32,000 nt of DNA from Dickeya dadantii NCPPB 898. GTDB taxonomy: Bacteria > Pseudomonadota > Gammaproteobacteria > Enterobacterales > Enterobacteriaceae. A program made the translations under genes and the position numbers. The stretch is taken from contig NZ_CM001976.1 of the NCBI RefSeq assembly GCF_000406145.1, positions 4,147,472 to 4,179,471 of the forward strand. The letters are read 5' to 3'. The notes below the pieces were generated by a model, which ran no database searches, was not told the DNA's origin, and saw only the letters and a program-made list of their open reading frames with translations. Shown here one piece after another: positions 10,750 through 22,290 of this stretch (position 1 is its first letter; each line of letters starts with the position of its first letter).

Positions 10750-11703
10750 ATGATTAAACTCGGTATCGTGATGGACCCGATTTCGTCCATCAATATCAAG
10801 AAAGACACCAGCTTTGCGATGTTGCAGGAAGCTCAACGTCGCGGCTGGGAGCTGCACTATATGGAAATGGGCGATCTCTACCTGCATGCGGGTGAAGCAC
10901 GCGCCACAACCCGCATTCTGAGCGTTCAATACGACTACAACGGCTGGTACGACTTCGGCGCGACGCAGGACATCGCCCTGCATGAACTGGACGTGGTGCT
11001 GATGCGCAAAGACCCGCCGTTCGACACCGAATTCATCTACGCCACCTATATTCTGGAGCGAGCGGAAGAAAAGGGGACGTTAATCGTCAATAAACCGCAA
11101 AGCCTGCGCGACTGCAACGAGAAACTGTTCACCGCCTGGTTCCCGCAACTGACGCCGGACACGCTGGTGACCCGCAACGCCGACCGACTGCGCGCATTCC
11201 ATCAGCAGCACAGCGACGTGATCCTCAAGCCGCTCGACGGCATGGGCGGCGCCTCGATTTTCCGCCTGAAACCGGAAGACGCCAACGTGTCGGTGATCAT
11301 CGAAACCCTGACCGAACACGGCAGCCGTTACTGCATGGCGCAGAATTACCTGCCCGCCATCAAAGACGGCGATAAGCGCGTGCTGGTGGTGGATGGCGAG
11401 CCGGTGCCCTACTGTCTGGCCCGTATCCCGAAAAGCGGTGAAACCCGCGGCAACCTGGCGGCCGGCGGCCGCGGCGAAGCCCGCCCGCTCAGCGAAAGTG
11501 ACTGGCAGATTGCCCGTACCGTCGCGCCGGTGCTGAAACAGAAAGGACTGATCTTCGTCGGACTGGACATCATTGGCGACCGCCTGACCGAAATCAACGT
11601 CACCAGCCCGACCTGCGTGCGTGAAATCGAAGCGGCTTATCCGGATGTTTCTATTACCGGCATGCTGATGGACGCCATTGAGCGCCGTCTGGCGCAGCGT
11701 TAA
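10750..11703 (+). CDS. gshB: Glutathione synthetase (317 aa)
   Basis: MIKLGIVMDPISSINIKKDTSFAMLQEAQRRGWELHYMEM.. matches E. coli GshB. An AAGGAG ribosome-binding site precedes the ATG. Confidence 0.97.
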   Translation: MIKLGIVMDPISSINIKKDTSFAMLQEAQRRGWELHYMEMGDLYLHAGEARATTRILSVQYDYNGWYDFGATQDIALHELDVVLMRKDPPFDTEFIYATYILERAEEKGTLIVNKPQSLRDCNEKLFTAWFPQLTPDTLVTRNADRLRAFHQQHSDVILKPLDGMGGASIFRLKPEDANVSVIIETLTEHGSRYCMAQNYLPAIKDGDKRVLVVDGEPVPYCLARIPKSGETRGNLAAGGRGEARPLSESDWQIARTVAPVLKQKGLIFVGLDIIGDRLTEINVTSPTCVREIEAAYPDVSITGMLMDAIERRLAQR

Positions 11704-11807
11704 CGATACACGGACCGTATCCCGGTCGGTGATGTATCCCTACCCGGTTCGCTGCCCAGCGGCGAACCGGAAGCATCCACTCCGACAGAGAAGCGATAAT
11801 AAAGACG

Positions 11808-12371
11808 ATGAATTTACAGCACCATTTTCTGATTGCGATGCCCTCTCTGCAGGACCCCGTGTTCAGGCGGACGGTGATTTACATCTGCGAGCACAATGAG
11901 GACGGCGCCATGGGCCTTATCATCAACAAGCCAATGGAACAGTTCACCGTCGAAAATATCCTCAAAAAACTGAAAATCACGCCTAACCCGCGAGATACGA
12001 CGATTCGCCTCGACAAGCCGGTCTTTTCCGGCGGTCCGCTGGCGGACGATCGCGGTTTTATCCTGCATACGCCACTGCCTGGCTTCGCGTCCAGCATCAG
12101 TATTTCCGACGAAACCATGATCACTACCTCCAAGGATGTGCTGGAAACGCTGGGGACGCCGGAACAACCGAGCAATACGCTGGTGGCGTTGGGTTACTCC
12201 GCCTGGGAAAGCGGTCAGCTCGAAGAGGAACTGCTGGAAAACGCCTGGCTGACAGTACAGGCGGACCATCATCTACTGTTCCACACCCCGATTGCCGAGC
12301 GCTGGCGCGCCGCCGCCAAAAAACTGGGCGTGGACATCCATAATATCGCCGCCGAAGCGGGGCACGCCTGA
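11808..12371 (+). CDS. yqgE: UPF0301 protein YqgE (187 aa)
   Basis: [42 protein letters not shown].. matches E. coli YqgE. Confidence 0.93.
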   Translation: MNLQHHFLIAMPSLQDPVFRRTVIYICEHNEDGAMGLIINKPMEQFTVENILKKLKITPNPRDTTIRLDKPVFSGGPLADDRGFILHTPLPGFASSISISDETMITTSKDVLETLGTPEQPSNTLVALGYSAWESGQLEEELLENAWLTVQADHHLLFHTPIAERWRAAAKKLGVDIHNIAAEAGHA

Positions 12372-12802
12372 TGGGGAACCGTACGTTGCTGGCTTTCGAC
12401 TTCGGCACCCGCAGCATCGGCGTCGCCATCGGCCAGGAGATCACCGGTACCGCCCGCCCGCTAACGTCGCTGAAAGCGCAGGATGGCGTGCCCGACTGGC
12501 AGAAAGTGGAAAAATTGCTTAACGAATGGCAGCCCGCGCTGGTTATCGTCGGCCTGCCGTTGAACATGGACGGCACCGAACAACCGCTGACCGCCCGGGC
12601 GCGCAAATTCGCCCAACGCCTGCATGGCCGTTTCGGCGTCAAGGTTGACCTGCACGACGAGCGGCTCAGCACGGTGGAAGCGCGAGCGGATCTGTTCGAG
12701 CGCGGTGGATTCCGGGCGCTGGACAAAGGCAGTGTAGACGCCGCCTCCGCCGTGATTATCCTGGAAAGCTGGTTCGAGCAGCAACTCGCCCGGCCGCAGT
12801 AA
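12371..12802 (+). CDS. ruvX: Holliday-junction-resolvase-like pre-16S rRNA nuclease RuvX/YqgF (143 aa)
   Basis: The protein starts [22 protein letters not shown].. Its ATG overlaps the yqgE TGA (ATGA coupling). It matches E. coli YqgF. Confidence 0.93.
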   Translation: MGNRTLLAFDFGTRSIGVAIGQEITGTARPLTSLKAQDGVPDWQKVEKLLNEWQPALVIVGLPLNMDGTEQPLTARARKFAQRLHGRFGVKVDLHDERLSTVEARADLFERGGFRALDKGSVDAASAVIILESWFEQQLARPQ

Positions 12803-12836
12803 ATCACACGTATTGATTATCGACGCCATAAACGAC

Positions 12837-12860
12837 TCAGGCCCGCATAAGCGGGCCTGA
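12837..12860. terminator. Hairpin between convergent ruvX and fbp (probable shared terminator)
   Basis: TCAGGCCCGC-ataa-GCGGGCCTGA is a perfect 10-bp stem. The flanking T-runs are weak on both strands, so efficiency is uncertain. Confidence 0.5.
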
Positions 12861-12880
12861 ATGTAACGGCTGGCGTGAAT

Positions 12881-13885
12881 TTACGCGTCTGGATAGTCGC
12901 GCAGGAACCCTTCCAGATCTTCCACCATCGACGTGTTGCCGACGAAGAACGGTGCACGCTGGTGCAGTTTCTGCGGAGTAATGTCCAGAATACGGTTTTT
13001 GCCGTCGCTGGCTTTACCGCCCGCCTGTTCCGCCAGGAACGCCATCGGGTTGCATTCGTACAACAAACGCAGTTTCCCTTCCGGGTAGCTGGCAGTACTC
13101 GGATAGAGATAAATACCGCCTTTCAACAGATTACGGTGAAAATCTGCCACCAGCGAACCGATATAACGGGTGGTGTACGGACGCTGCGTCGCCTCATCCT
13201 GCTCCTGGCAGTATTTGATGTACTTCTTCACACCCTGCGGGAATTTAATGTAGTTCCCCTCGTTGATGGAGTACATGTTGCCTTTCTCCGGGAAACACAC
13301 ACGCTCGTGAGACAGGCAGAATACCCCCAGCGACGGGTCATAAGTGAAGGCATGTACGCCATGACCGGTGGTGTATACCAGCATGGTGGAAGAACCATAC
13401 ACGATATAACCGGCGGCCACTTGCTTGTGACCGGGCTGGAGGAAATCCTCTTCGCGCACCGGCATGCCCAGCGGGGTGATGCGGCGGTAAATAGAGAAAA
13501 TGGTTCCGACAGAGACGTTGACGTCAATATTGGAAGAACCGTCCAGCGGGTCCATCAATACCACGTATTTGGCGTTTTCGGCGCGCTCACCGTCGAAGAT
13601 AACGATCTCGTCTTCTTCTTCGGAAGCAATCCCTGCCACCTCGCCACGTGCTTTCAGCGCCGCTTTCAGCTTTTCATTGGCGTACAGATCGAGTTTCATC
13701 TGCACTTCGCCCTGAACGTTGGAAACGCCGCTGGTGCCCAGAATATCCACCAGACCAGCCTTGTTGATGTCACGGTGGATAATCTTCGCACCCAGTTTGA
13801 TGGCCGACAGCAGTGCGGTCAGCTCACCAGTGGCGTGAGAGAAATCGTGCTGTTTTTCGACGATAAATTCGCCTAACGTTTTCAT
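12881..13885 (-). CDS. fbp: Fructose-1,6-bisphosphatase class 1 (334 aa)
   Basis: I moved the start to the internal ATG at 13885, which gives [45 protein letters not shown].. and coincides with the E. coli Fbp N-terminus. The 26-codon extension in the ORF track has no counterpart in E. coli. Confidence 0.95.
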   Translation of the reverse strand: MKTLGEFIVEKQHDFSHATGELTALLSAIKLGAKIIHRDINKAGLVDILGTSGVSNVQGEVQMKLDLYANEKLKAALKARGEVAGIASEEEDEIVIFDGERAENAKYVVLMDPLDGSSNIDVNVSVGTIFSIYRRITPLGMPVREEDFLQPGHKQVAAGYIVYGSSTMLVYTTGHGVHAFTYDPSLGVFCLSHERVCFPEKGNMYSINEGNYIKFPQGVKKYIKYCQEQDEATQRPYTTRYIGSLVADFHRNLLKGGIYLYPSTASYPEGKLRLLYECNPMAFLAEQAGGKASDGKNRILDITPQKLHQRAPFFVGNTSMVEDLEGFLRDYPDA

Positions 13886-14055
13886 AACACTATTCCAGAA
13901 TCTACGAATGAAAAGCGGTTTCATTTTTGTACCGCCAGCGTTTGCGTCTGCAGTGTAGCCCAAAGAGAAAGCGAGTACCTAGCAAATCCATTTCTTATGA
14001 CGTATTCCAGGCGTTAGAATGGACGGCAGACTCTCTGAATATAGATGGAAAACGT

Positions 14056-15438
14056 ATGCGTATTCATATTTTAGGAATCTGTGGCACCTTCATGGGAGGA
14101 CTGGCGTTGCTGGCCCGATCACAAGGACATCAGGTAACCGGTTCGGATGCTAACGTCTATCCGCCAATGAGTACCTTACTGGAAGAACAAGGGATTACCC
14201 TGATCCAGGGGTACGACCCCGCACAGTTGGATCCGGCTCCGGATCTGGTCATCATTGGCAATGCCATGACCCGTGGCAATCCCTGCGTTGAGGCGGTGCT
14301 GGAACAAAATATCCCTTATATGTCCGGTCCGCAATGGCTTCATGATCACGTGCTGCGCGAACGCTGGGTTATCGCCGTCGCCGGTACCCACGGCAAAACC
14401 ACCACCGCCGGTATGGTGACCTGGATTCTGGAAGACTGCGGCTACCAGCCGGGATTCGTGATTGGTGGCGTGCCGGGCAACTTCACCGTCTCCGCTCGCC
14501 TGGGCGAAAGCCCGTTCTTCGTGGTGGAAGCGGACGAGTATGACTGCGCCTTCTTCGATAAGCGTTCCAAGTTCGTGCACTACAGCCCGCGCACGTTAAT
14601 TCTGAATAATCTGGAATTTGACCACGCGGATATCTTCGACGACCTCAAGGCCATCCAAAAGCAGTTCCACCATCTGGTGCGTCTGGTTCCGGGCAAGGGC
14701 CGCATCATCGTGCCGTCTCACGACCTGCATCTGAAACAGGTAATGGGGATGGGATGCTGGAGCGAGCAGGAACTGGTGGGTGAAGAAGGCATCTGGAAAG
14801 CGAAAAAGGTCACCACCGACGCCAGCGTGTTTCAGGTGTACCTCAACGACCAACTGGTCGGGGAAGTCAGTTGGAACTTGGTGGGTGAACACAACATGCA
14901 TAACGGCCTGATGGCGATCGCCGCAGCGCGTCATGTCGGCGTTACGCCGGCGGAAGCCTGCCGCGCGCTGGGCGGTTTCATTAACGCCCGTCGCCGGCTG
15001 GAACTGCGCGGCACCGCGCACGGCGTGTCGGTCTATGACGATTTTGCCCATCACCCGACCGCGATCCTCGCCACGCTGGCCGCCCTGCGCAGCAAAGTAG
15101 GCGGCACCGCACGGATTATCGCCGTGCTGGAGCCGCGCTCCAACACCATGAAAATGGGTCATTGCAAAAACGAGTTAGCACCATCGTTGGGACGCGCTGA
15201 CGGTGTTTTCCTGTTCCAGCCCCAGCATATTCCCTGGCAGGTGGCTGAAGTGGCTGACGCCTGCGTTCAGCCGGCCTACTGGAGCGCGGATATCGACACG
15301 CTGGTAGAGATGATCAGCAAAACCGCTCAGCCGGGCGATCATATTCTGGTGATGAGCAACGGCGGCTTCGGCAATATTCACAACAAACTGCTGGATGCGC
15401 TGAACGCCAAAGCACAGGCGGCGGACCACGAAGGCTGA
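14056..15438 (+). CDS. mpl: UDP-N-acetylmuramate:L-alanyl-gamma-D-glutamyl-meso-DAP ligase (460 aa)
   Basis: I moved the start to the ATG at 14056, which gives MRIHILGICGTFMGGLALLARSQGHQVTGSDANVYPPMSTLLE.. and coincides with the E. coli Mpl N-terminus. The upstream 43 codons of the tracked ORF are discarded. Confidence 0.95.
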   Translation: MRIHILGICGTFMGGLALLARSQGHQVTGSDANVYPPMSTLLEEQGITLIQGYDPAQLDPAPDLVIIGNAMTRGNPCVEAVLEQNIPYMSGPQWLHDHVLRERWVIAVAGTHGKTTTAGMVTWILEDCGYQPGFVIGGVPGNFTVSARLGESPFFVVEADEYDCAFFDKRSKFVHYSPRTLILNNLEFDHADIFDDLKAIQKQFHHLVRLVPGKGRIIVPSHDLHLKQVMGMGCWSEQELVGEEGIWKAKKVTTDASVFQVYLNDQLVGEVSWNLVGEHNMHNGLMAIAAARHVGVTPAEACRALGGFINARRRLELRGTAHGVSVYDDFAHHPTAILATLAALRSKVGGTARIIAVLEPRSNTMKMGHCKNELAPSLGRADGVFLFQPQHIPWQVAEVADACVQPAYWSADIDTLVEMISKTAQPGDHILVMSNGGFGNIHNKLLDALNAKAQAADHEG

Positions 15439-15495
15439 CGGGTTATCACAGGCGGCATACTTCGCCGGCAACCTATTTGCCGGCGAACAGACAGC

Positions 15496-15523
15496 AAAAA
15501 GGACGGGCAAGCCCGTCCTTTTT
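15496..15523. terminator. Bidirectional Rho-independent terminator between mpl and purA
   Basis: In AAAAAGGACGGGCAAGCCCGTCCTTTTT a GC-rich stem is flanked by an A-run and a T-run. It can therefore terminate both convergent genes. Confidence 0.85.
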
Positions 15524-15542
15524 CATGCAGCCACCATCGTGA

Positions 15543-16874
<1,332 letters not shown>

Positions 16875-16906
16875 CTAGCATCTCATCTTTCGGCTTTCAG
16901 TACTTT

Positions 16907-16922
16907 TAGCACACGTTTGCGC
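16907..16922 (-). promoter_or_regulatory. Candidate PurR box upstream of purA
   Basis: The minus strand reads GCGCAAACGTGTGCTA, against the PurR palindrome ACGCAAACGTTTGCGT. The core CGCAAACGT is perfect and about 12 of 16 positions match overall. It lies 66-81 nt upstream of the purA ATG. A TAGAAT -10-like hexamer lies at 16877..16872. Confidence 0.5.
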
Positions 16923-16940
16923 ACATTTTTAGCGGAAGTT

Positions 16941-17141
16941 TCAGCCGCCAGCCCGGCTACGCAACATGTAGTAGATCACACAGCCGGCAACCACAATTCC
17001 CCCGCCGAAGCGGCGCAAAATATTATCGGGCAACTGTGCCATGGTCAGGATCATCCGCCGCCAGATACGTGGAAACAGTAGCGGCCCCAACCCTTCCATG
17101 ATTAGCACCAACCCCAGCGTTAGCCAGATGCTCACATTCAT
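16941..17141 (-). CDS. yjeT: Small membrane protein YjeT (DUF2065, 66 aa)
   Basis: MNVSIWLTLGLVLIMEGLGPLLFPRIWRRMILTMAQLPDNILRRFGGGIVVAGCVIYYML.. is collinear with E. coli YjeT. It occupies the conserved position between hflC and purA. Confidence 0.85.
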   Translation of the reverse strand: MNVSIWLTLGLVLIMEGLGPLLFPRIWRRMILTMAQLPDNILRRFGGGIVVAGCVIYYMLRSRAGG

Positions 17142-17157
17142 AAAAAACTCCAGACAG

Positions 17158-17181
17158 AAAAAAGCCCGTAAACACGGGCTT
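17158..17181 (-). terminator. Terminator or attenuator hairpin after hflC
   Basis: On the minus strand AAGCCCGT-gttt-ACGGGCTT is followed by TTTTT. It lies 20 nt after the hflC stop codon and just before yjeT. Confidence 0.7.
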
Positions 17182-17201
17182 GATAGTGGCGGTAAATAGC
17201 C

Positions 17202-18197
17202 TTAACGCGTAGGGAGGCTTTTCTCGGGCGATTTCATATAACGGAAGAAATCACTATCGGGACTCAGCACCAGCACATCCTGATTGGTGCTGTTAAAGCT
17301 ATTCTCATAGGCGCGCAGGCTACGAATAAAACCATAAAAAGCCGGATCCTGACTGAACGCGACGGCAAACAGTTTGGCCGCATCGGCATCCCCTTCACCG
17401 CGCATGATTCGACCCTGACGTTCAGCTTCCGCCAGTGTGCGGGTGACTTCATAGTCGGCCGCCGCCTTGATCTTCTCGGCCTGCTCCTGGCCCTGAGAGC
17501 GATGACGGCGTGCAACCGCTTCACGCTCGGCGCGCATACGCTGGTAGATCGCGTCCGATACCTCGGTTGGCAGGTTGATCTGCTTGATACGCACATCGAT
17601 CACCTCGATCCCGAGCGCCGCCATACTGTTGGGGTTGATCCGCGGCCCGCCGCTGGAGGTTTCACGTTCCACACGCGCCGCCGCCGATGCAATGGCGTTA
17701 TCCGCTTCCGTGGTCTCACCGGTGCCGGCGTTCAGCGCTTCACGCACATCGGACATCAACTGGCCGCGGGAATCGGTCACGATGCCTTTCACATCCAGAC
17801 GACCAATCTCGGAACGCAGACGGTCGCTGAACTTACGTTTCAGCAGCACTTCCGCCTGAGACACATCGCCGCCGCCGGTAGCAAGGTAGTAACGGCTGAA
17901 ATCGCTGATACGCCATTTGATATACGAGTCGACAATCAGGTCTTTCTGCTCTTTGGTAATGAAGCGATCAGCCTGATTTTCCATGGTCTGGATGCGGGCA
18001 TCCAACATTTTTACCGACTCCAGGAACGGAATCTTCACATGCAGGCCAGGCAAATACACCAGCGGCTTGTTTTCGTTGTCGCGCAGGACCTTGCCAAAGC
18101 GCATCACGATACCGCGCTGGCCTTCCTGCACCACAAACAGCGAGGCATAGACCACCAACAGTAACAGGACAAGAATAAAGAGGACTGACTTACGCAT
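17202..18197 (-). CDS. hflC: FtsH modulator HflC (331 aa)
   Basis: The protein starts MRKSVLFILVLLLLVVYASLFVVQEGQRGIVMRFGKV.. and has the SPFH/band-7 architecture. It starts 3 nt after the hflK stop codon. Confidence 0.95.
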   Translation of the reverse strand: MRKSVLFILVLLLLVVYASLFVVQEGQRGIVMRFGKVLRDNENKPLVYLPGLHVKIPFLESVKMLDARIQTMENQADRFITKEQKDLIVDSYIKWRISDFSRYYLATGGGDVSQAEVLLKRKFSDRLRSEIGRLDVKGIVTDSRGQLMSDVREALNAGTGETTEADNAIASAAARVERETSSGGPRINPNSMAALGIEVIDVRIKQINLPTEVSDAIYQRMRAEREAVARRHRSQGQEQAEKIKAAADYEVTRTLAEAERQGRIMRGEGDADAAKLFAVAFSQDPAFYGFIRSLRAYENSFNSTNQDVLVLSPDSDFFRYMKSPEKSLPTR

Positions 18198-18200
18198 TGA

Positions 18201-19460
18201 TTATTCTCTCCCTACGCGAATGTTCTCGTCGCGCTGCGCGTTGGCGCGGCGTTGATCCATAATGTTGCCGTTGTTGCCGGAAGAACGCGGCGCATAGCCG
18301 ACACCACTACTGTTTGATGAGGTTGACGGCAGACGCAACGGCGCCTGATTGGAAGCCCCACTCGTCGGCGCGCTGGTCGAAACGCCCCCTTGACCACGCA
18401 TAAGCTGATCAAGCGGCAGAACCATCAGATTGTTGCTCTTATCGCTCACCAGCACCTTGTTGGTGTGGCTCAGCACGCGTTCCATCGTCTCGATGTAGAG
18501 ACGCTCGCGGGTAATTTCCGGCGCGGCTTTATACTCCGGCAACAGACGCGAGAAGCGGGAAACTTCACCCTGCGCTTCCAGAACGGTACGGTCTTTATAG
18601 GCGCGGGACTCTTCCAGAATACGCTGCGCCTGACCATTGGCGCGCGGCTGGACTTCGTTGGCGTAGGCTTCCGCCTCACGAATGTACTGCTGCTCGTTTT
18701 CACGAGCGGCGATCGCATCGTCAAACGCGGCTTTGACTTCCTCAGGCGGACGAGCGGTCTGGAAGTTCACATCCAACAGGGTGATACCCATATCATACGG
18801 GCGCACGGTTTCCTCCAGCACGCGCTGGGTATCCGTACGCACAATGGTACGCCCTTCGGTCAGGATTTTATCCATGGTGTATTTGCCGATCACCCCGCGC
18901 AGCGCGCTGTCGGTGGCCTGACGCAGGCTGTCATCGGCATTGGTGACGCTAAACAGATACTTGTCCGGTTGGGTGACGCGGTACTGGACGTTCATTTCCA
19001 CCCGCACCACATTTTCGTCGGATGTCAGCATAACGCCGGACGTCGCCAGTTCACGGACGGACTCAACGTTTACGGCGCGAACCGAATCAACAAAGGTCGG
19101 TTTCCAGTTCAGGCCCGGGCCAACCAGATGGCTGAATTTGCCAAAACGGGTGACCACGCCGCGCTCGGCTTCCTTGATGGTATAGAAACCGCTGACGCCC
19201 CAAACCACCACGGCAGCCGCCACGACCAGCCCCAGAATACGGCCGCCGTTGCCGCCGCCCTGAGAACCGGCGCCGGAACCAGACGACTTGCCACCCAGAT
19301 CGCCGAGCTTTTTGCTCAACTTACGGAATATATCGTCGAGGTCAGGCGGTCCCTGATCCCGTCCACCTTTATTGTTTCCGCCAGAGTTGCCGCTATTGTT
19401 ATTGCTGCTCCCCCACGGGTCGCGGTCCTGTCCGTTGTTACCGGGCTGATTCCACGCCAT
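18201..19460 (-). CDS. hflK: FtsH modulator HflK (419 aa)
   Basis: The start at the ATG at 19460 gives MAWNQPGNNGQDRDPWGSS.., identical to the E. coli HflK N-terminus and of the same length. The four upstream codons of the tracked ORF are discarded. Confidence 0.95.
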   Translation of the reverse strand: MAWNQPGNNGQDRDPWGSSNNNSGNSGGNNKGGRDQGPPDLDDIFRKLSKKLGDLGGKSSGSGAGSQGGGNGGRILGLVVAAAVVVWGVSGFYTIKEAERGVVTRFGKFSHLVGPGLNWKPTFVDSVRAVNVESVRELATSGVMLTSDENVVRVEMNVQYRVTQPDKYLFSVTNADDSLRQATDSALRGVIGKYTMDKILTEGRTIVRTDTQRVLEETVRPYDMGITLLDVNFQTARPPEEVKAAFDDAIAARENEQQYIREAEAYANEVQPRANGQAQRILEESRAYKDRTVLEAQGEVSRFSRLLPEYKAAPEITRERLYIETMERVLSHTNKVLVSDKSNNLMVLPLDQLMRGQGGVSTSAPTSGASNQAPLRLPSTSSNSSGVGYAPRSSGNNGNIMDQRRANAQRDENIRVGRE

Positions 19461-19534
19461 GTTTAGCTCCATTCATTATGATAGGTATTTTTCGGGGTCA
19501 ATGTGTCCCAGAGTTATGAGACTGTCTGTGTCGC

Positions 19535-20815
19535 TCAGACAATATAATCTTGCAATTTCTGCTCCTGCTTGCACAGGCGCCGCCAGTCGATAATGGGCAT
19601 TCTGACCACCAACCCTACGCTGCCGTCTTCCTCAATCCATTCTTTTTCTATTGCCTGAAGCTGGTAGAAACGGCTTCGCAGGCGCCCGGCCTGCGGAGGA
19701 AGATGCAGAGAATAATGCGCAATTTCTCCGGAAAGCCGTTCAGTCAACGCCTGCAATAATAATGGAATCCCTTCTCCGGTCTGGGCAGAAAGCCATACCC
19801 TGATCGGTCGGTTCTCTTCATCACGGTCGATACGCGGTTCAACGTTTTCCTGCCGGTCGATCTTGTTCATGACCAGCATAAACGGAATATCGTCCGCTTC
19901 GATCTCCGCCAATACCTCATTCACGGCATCGATATTTTCATCGACGCGAGCGTCAGAAGCATCAACCACATGCAACAACAACGTCGCCTCACGGGTTTCC
20001 TGCAGCGTCGCTTTAAAAGCCGCCACCAGGTCATGCGGCAATTCACGAATAAAACCAACGGTATCCGCCAGTACGGTATCCCCGACATCATCCACACTGA
20101 TGCGTCGCAAGGTCGGATCCAACGTGGCGAACAGTTGATCGGCGGCATAAACATCCGCCGATGTCATACGGTTGAACAGGGTCGATTTACCGGCGTTGGT
20201 GTACCCCACCAGCGAAACCGTCGGCACTTCGGCTCGGGTACGCGCCCGACGCCCCTGTTCACGCTGCTTTTCCACCTTTTCAAGGCGGGACAAGATCTGA
20301 CTGATGCGGTTACGCAGCAAGCGCCGGTCGGTTTCCAACTGGGTTTCACCCGGCCCACGCAAACCAATCCCGCCTTTCTGCCTCTCAAGGTGGGTCCAGC
20401 CGCGCACCAGACGCGTCGCCAGATGGCGCAACTGCGCCAGCTCAACCTGTAGCTTCCCTTCATGGGTACGGGCGCGCTGAGCGAAGATATCCAAAATCAG
20501 TCCGGTCCGGTCGATAACCCGGCATTCGCACAGCCGCTCCAGGTTACGCTCCTGCGCGGGCGTCAACGCATGATTGAACAACACGACAAAGGCACCGGTC
20601 GCTTTGACCGCCTGAGCGATCTCCTCCGCCTTGCCTTCGCCGACAAAATATTTGGAGTGCGGCGCTTTGCGGCTGCCGGTGATCACCTGCAACGCGTCTA
20701 TTCCGGCTGAAGACACCAGAGATTCAAACTCCAGCAGATCCTCAGTATCTTTCTCTTGCGAAAAGTAAATATGAACTAATATGGCCTGTTCACCGGCTTC
20801 ATAACGGTCAAACAA
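19535..20815 (-). CDS. hflX: Ribosome-associated GTPase HflX (426 aa)
   Basis: [50 protein letters not shown].. has the same length as E. coli HflX. Confidence 0.96.
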   Translation of the reverse strand: MFDRYEAGEQAILVHIYFSQEKDTEDLLEFESLVSSAGIDALQVITGSRKAPHSKYFVGEGKAEEIAQAVKATGAFVVLFNHALTPAQERNLERLCECRVIDRTGLILDIFAQRARTHEGKLQVELAQLRHLATRLVRGWTHLERQKGGIGLRGPGETQLETDRRLLRNRISQILSRLEKVEKQREQGRRARTRAEVPTVSLVGYTNAGKSTLFNRMTSADVYAADQLFATLDPTLRRISVDDVGDTVLADTVGFIRELPHDLVAAFKATLQETREATLLLHVVDASDARVDENIDAVNEVLAEIEADDIPFMLVMNKIDRQENVEPRIDRDEENRPIRVWLSAQTGEGIPLLLQALTERLSGEIAHYSLHLPPQAGRLRSRFYQLQAIEKEWIEEDGSVGLVVRMPIIDWRRLCKQEQKLQDYIV

Positions 20816-20831
20816 CCGGGCACCCTCTCAG

Positions 20832-20887
20832 AAAAAAACGACCACGGCAGTGAAAGTCGCTGAAATCAGCGCTTTTTCCGCCGTGGT
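20832..20887 (-). terminator. hfq terminator (long compound hairpin with U-tract)
   Basis: On the minus strand the outer stem ACCACGGC/GCCGTGGT encloses an inner stem CGCTGA/TCAGCG and is followed by CGTTTTTTT. It lies in the hfq-hflX spacer. Confidence 0.75.
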
Positions 20888-20904
20888 AAACTGGTAAGGA
20901 CGCG

Positions 20905-21204
20905 TTATTCAGCGTCATCACTTTCCTGCTGCGGCTGTTGCTGCGCAGACTGGTTATTGGCATGGTAGTTATTTGAGCCGGGATTATTACTATGATGCGA
21001 CACCGGACGAGATGGAACTACCGTAGAAATGGCGTGTTTGTACACCATCTGGCTAACCGTGTTTTTCAGCAGAATTACAAACTGATCGAAAGACTCAATC
21101 TGACCTTGCAGCTTGATGCCATTAACCAAATAAATCGAAACCGGAACACGTTCGCGACGCAAAGCGTTCAAGAACGGATCTTGCAAAGATTGCCCCTTAG
21201 CCAT
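20905..21204 (-). CDS. hfq: RNA chaperone Hfq (99 aa)
   Basis: The protein starts [68 protein letters not shown].. This is the canonical Sm core, followed by a variable C-terminal tail. Confidence 0.98.
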   Translation of the reverse strand: MAKGQSLQDPFLNALRRERVPVSIYLVNGIKLQGQIESFDQFVILLKNTVSQMVYKHAISTVVPSRPVSHHSNNPGSNNYHANNQSAQQQPQQESDDAE

Positions 21205-21293
21205 TCTATATTTTCCTTATTTGCTTGTTATTTGTAACAAAGAACCCTGTGGCCCTAAAATAACGTTATAAAAATTTTGTGCCGAGAATCAGT

Positions 21294-21347
21294 CAATTGT
21301 AGACACAGGCAATTGTACACAATCGTCTAATGTACACAATCGTCTAA
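21294..21347. repeat. Short tandem repeat array in the miaA-hfq spacer
   Basis: TGTACACAATCGTCTAA occurs twice in perfect tandem (21314..21330 and 21331..21347). A degenerate copy precedes it: CAATTGTAGACA at 21294..21305 matches CAATTGTACACA at 21310..21321 at 11 of 12 positions. The array abuts the miaA stop codon. Confidence 0.9.
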
Positions 21348-21348
21348 C

Positions 21349-22290
21349 CTATGCACTAACAGCCTGAATCACCGTGCATAACGCCTCTCCGGGTCGATCG
21401 CTGTCAAGCCAGCAGACCTCTTCCCAGCCACGCAACCAAGTCATCTGGCGTTTCGCCAGTTGCCGGGTGGCGCAGATGCCACGATACACCATCTCATCGT
21501 AATCGATTTCGCCCGACAAATATGACCACATCTGGCGATATCCGACACAACGGATTGACGGCAACGCAGGATTCAAATCCGGCCGGGCAAACAGCGCCCG
21601 AGCCTCTGTTTCAAAACCTGATTCCAACATCTGTCGGAAACGCAACGCTATCCGCTCATGTAACAACTCGCGCGTTGCCGGAGCAATCGCAAACTGATGA
21701 ACACGATAGGGCAACGCTTCACCGGATGTCTTTGTCAACTCGGTTAAAGTGTTACCTGAAACGAAAAAAACTTCCAGTGCCCGAGACAGTCTCTGCGGAT
21801 CATTTGGATGAATCCGAGCCGCGGACACCGGATCGATGACGCTCAACTGGCGATGCAGCGCTTCCCATCCCTCGATCCGAGCGCGTTCTTCGATTTCCTG
21901 TCGAACCTGAGCATCCGCCGACGGCAGCGGCGACAATCCTTCCAGCAACGCCTTGAAATACAGCATGGTGCCGCCGACCAACAGCGGAATGCGCCCGGCT
22001 GCGGTGATTTCCGCCATCGCCTGCAGCGCATCGCGCCGAAAATCCGCGGCGGAATAAGCCTCGGCCGGATCAAGAATATCGAGCAGGCGATGCGGGGCTC
22101 GCGCCAGCTCTTCCTGACTGGGCTTGGCTGTGCCGATATCCATACCGCGATAAATCAGCGCAGAATCCACGCTAATCAACTCAACGGGAAGGCGCTCGCG
22201 CAATGCCATCGCCAGCGCGGTTTTCCCGGACGCCGTCGGCCCCATGATAAAAATGGCGGGCGGATGCTGCGCCGCTTCAAACTCATTCAT
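21349..22290 (-). CDS. miaA: tRNA dimethylallyltransferase (313 aa)
   Basis: ..[39 protein letters not shown].. matches E. coli MiaA. The start overlaps the mutL stop codon by 8 nt. Confidence 0.96.
   Translation of the reverse strand: MNEFEAAQHPPAIFIMGPTASGKTALAMALRERLPVELISVDSALIYRGMDIGTAKPSQEELARAPHRLLDILDPAEAYSAADFRRDALQAMAEITAAGRIPLLVGGTMLYFKALLEGLSPLPSADAQVRQEIEERARIEGWEALHRQLSVIDPVSAARIHPNDPQRLSRALEVFFVSGNTLTELTKTSGEALPYRVHQFAIAPATRELLHERIALRFRQMLESGFETEARALFARPDLNPALPSIRCVGYRQMWSYLSGEIDYDEMVYRGICATRQLAKRQMTWLRGWEEVCWLDSDRPGEALCTVIQAVSA

Noticed and set aside
11744-11770. The hairpin CCGGTTCGC-N9-GCGAACCGG after gshB, considered as a terminator.
   Set aside because: The stem is a perfect 9 bp, but no T-run follows it and yqgE starts 38 nt later. 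It is more likely an mRNA stability element or a REP-like hairpin, so I did not call it.
13907-13925. The inverted repeat AATGAAA-agcgg-TTTCATT in the fbp 5' region, considered as a Cra site.
   Set aside because: The half-site spacing (5 nt) does not fit the Cra consensus (TGAAAC|GTTTCA contiguous). It may be just a 5'-UTR hairpin, and there is insufficient support for a named regulator.
13886-14055. N-terminal extensions of the tracked fbp ORF (to 13963) and mpl ORF (from 13927), which would overlap each other.
   Set aside because: Internal ATGs at 13885 and 14056 reproduce the E. coli N-termini exactly. The extensions are mutually overlapping, non-conserved and occupy the divergent promoter region.
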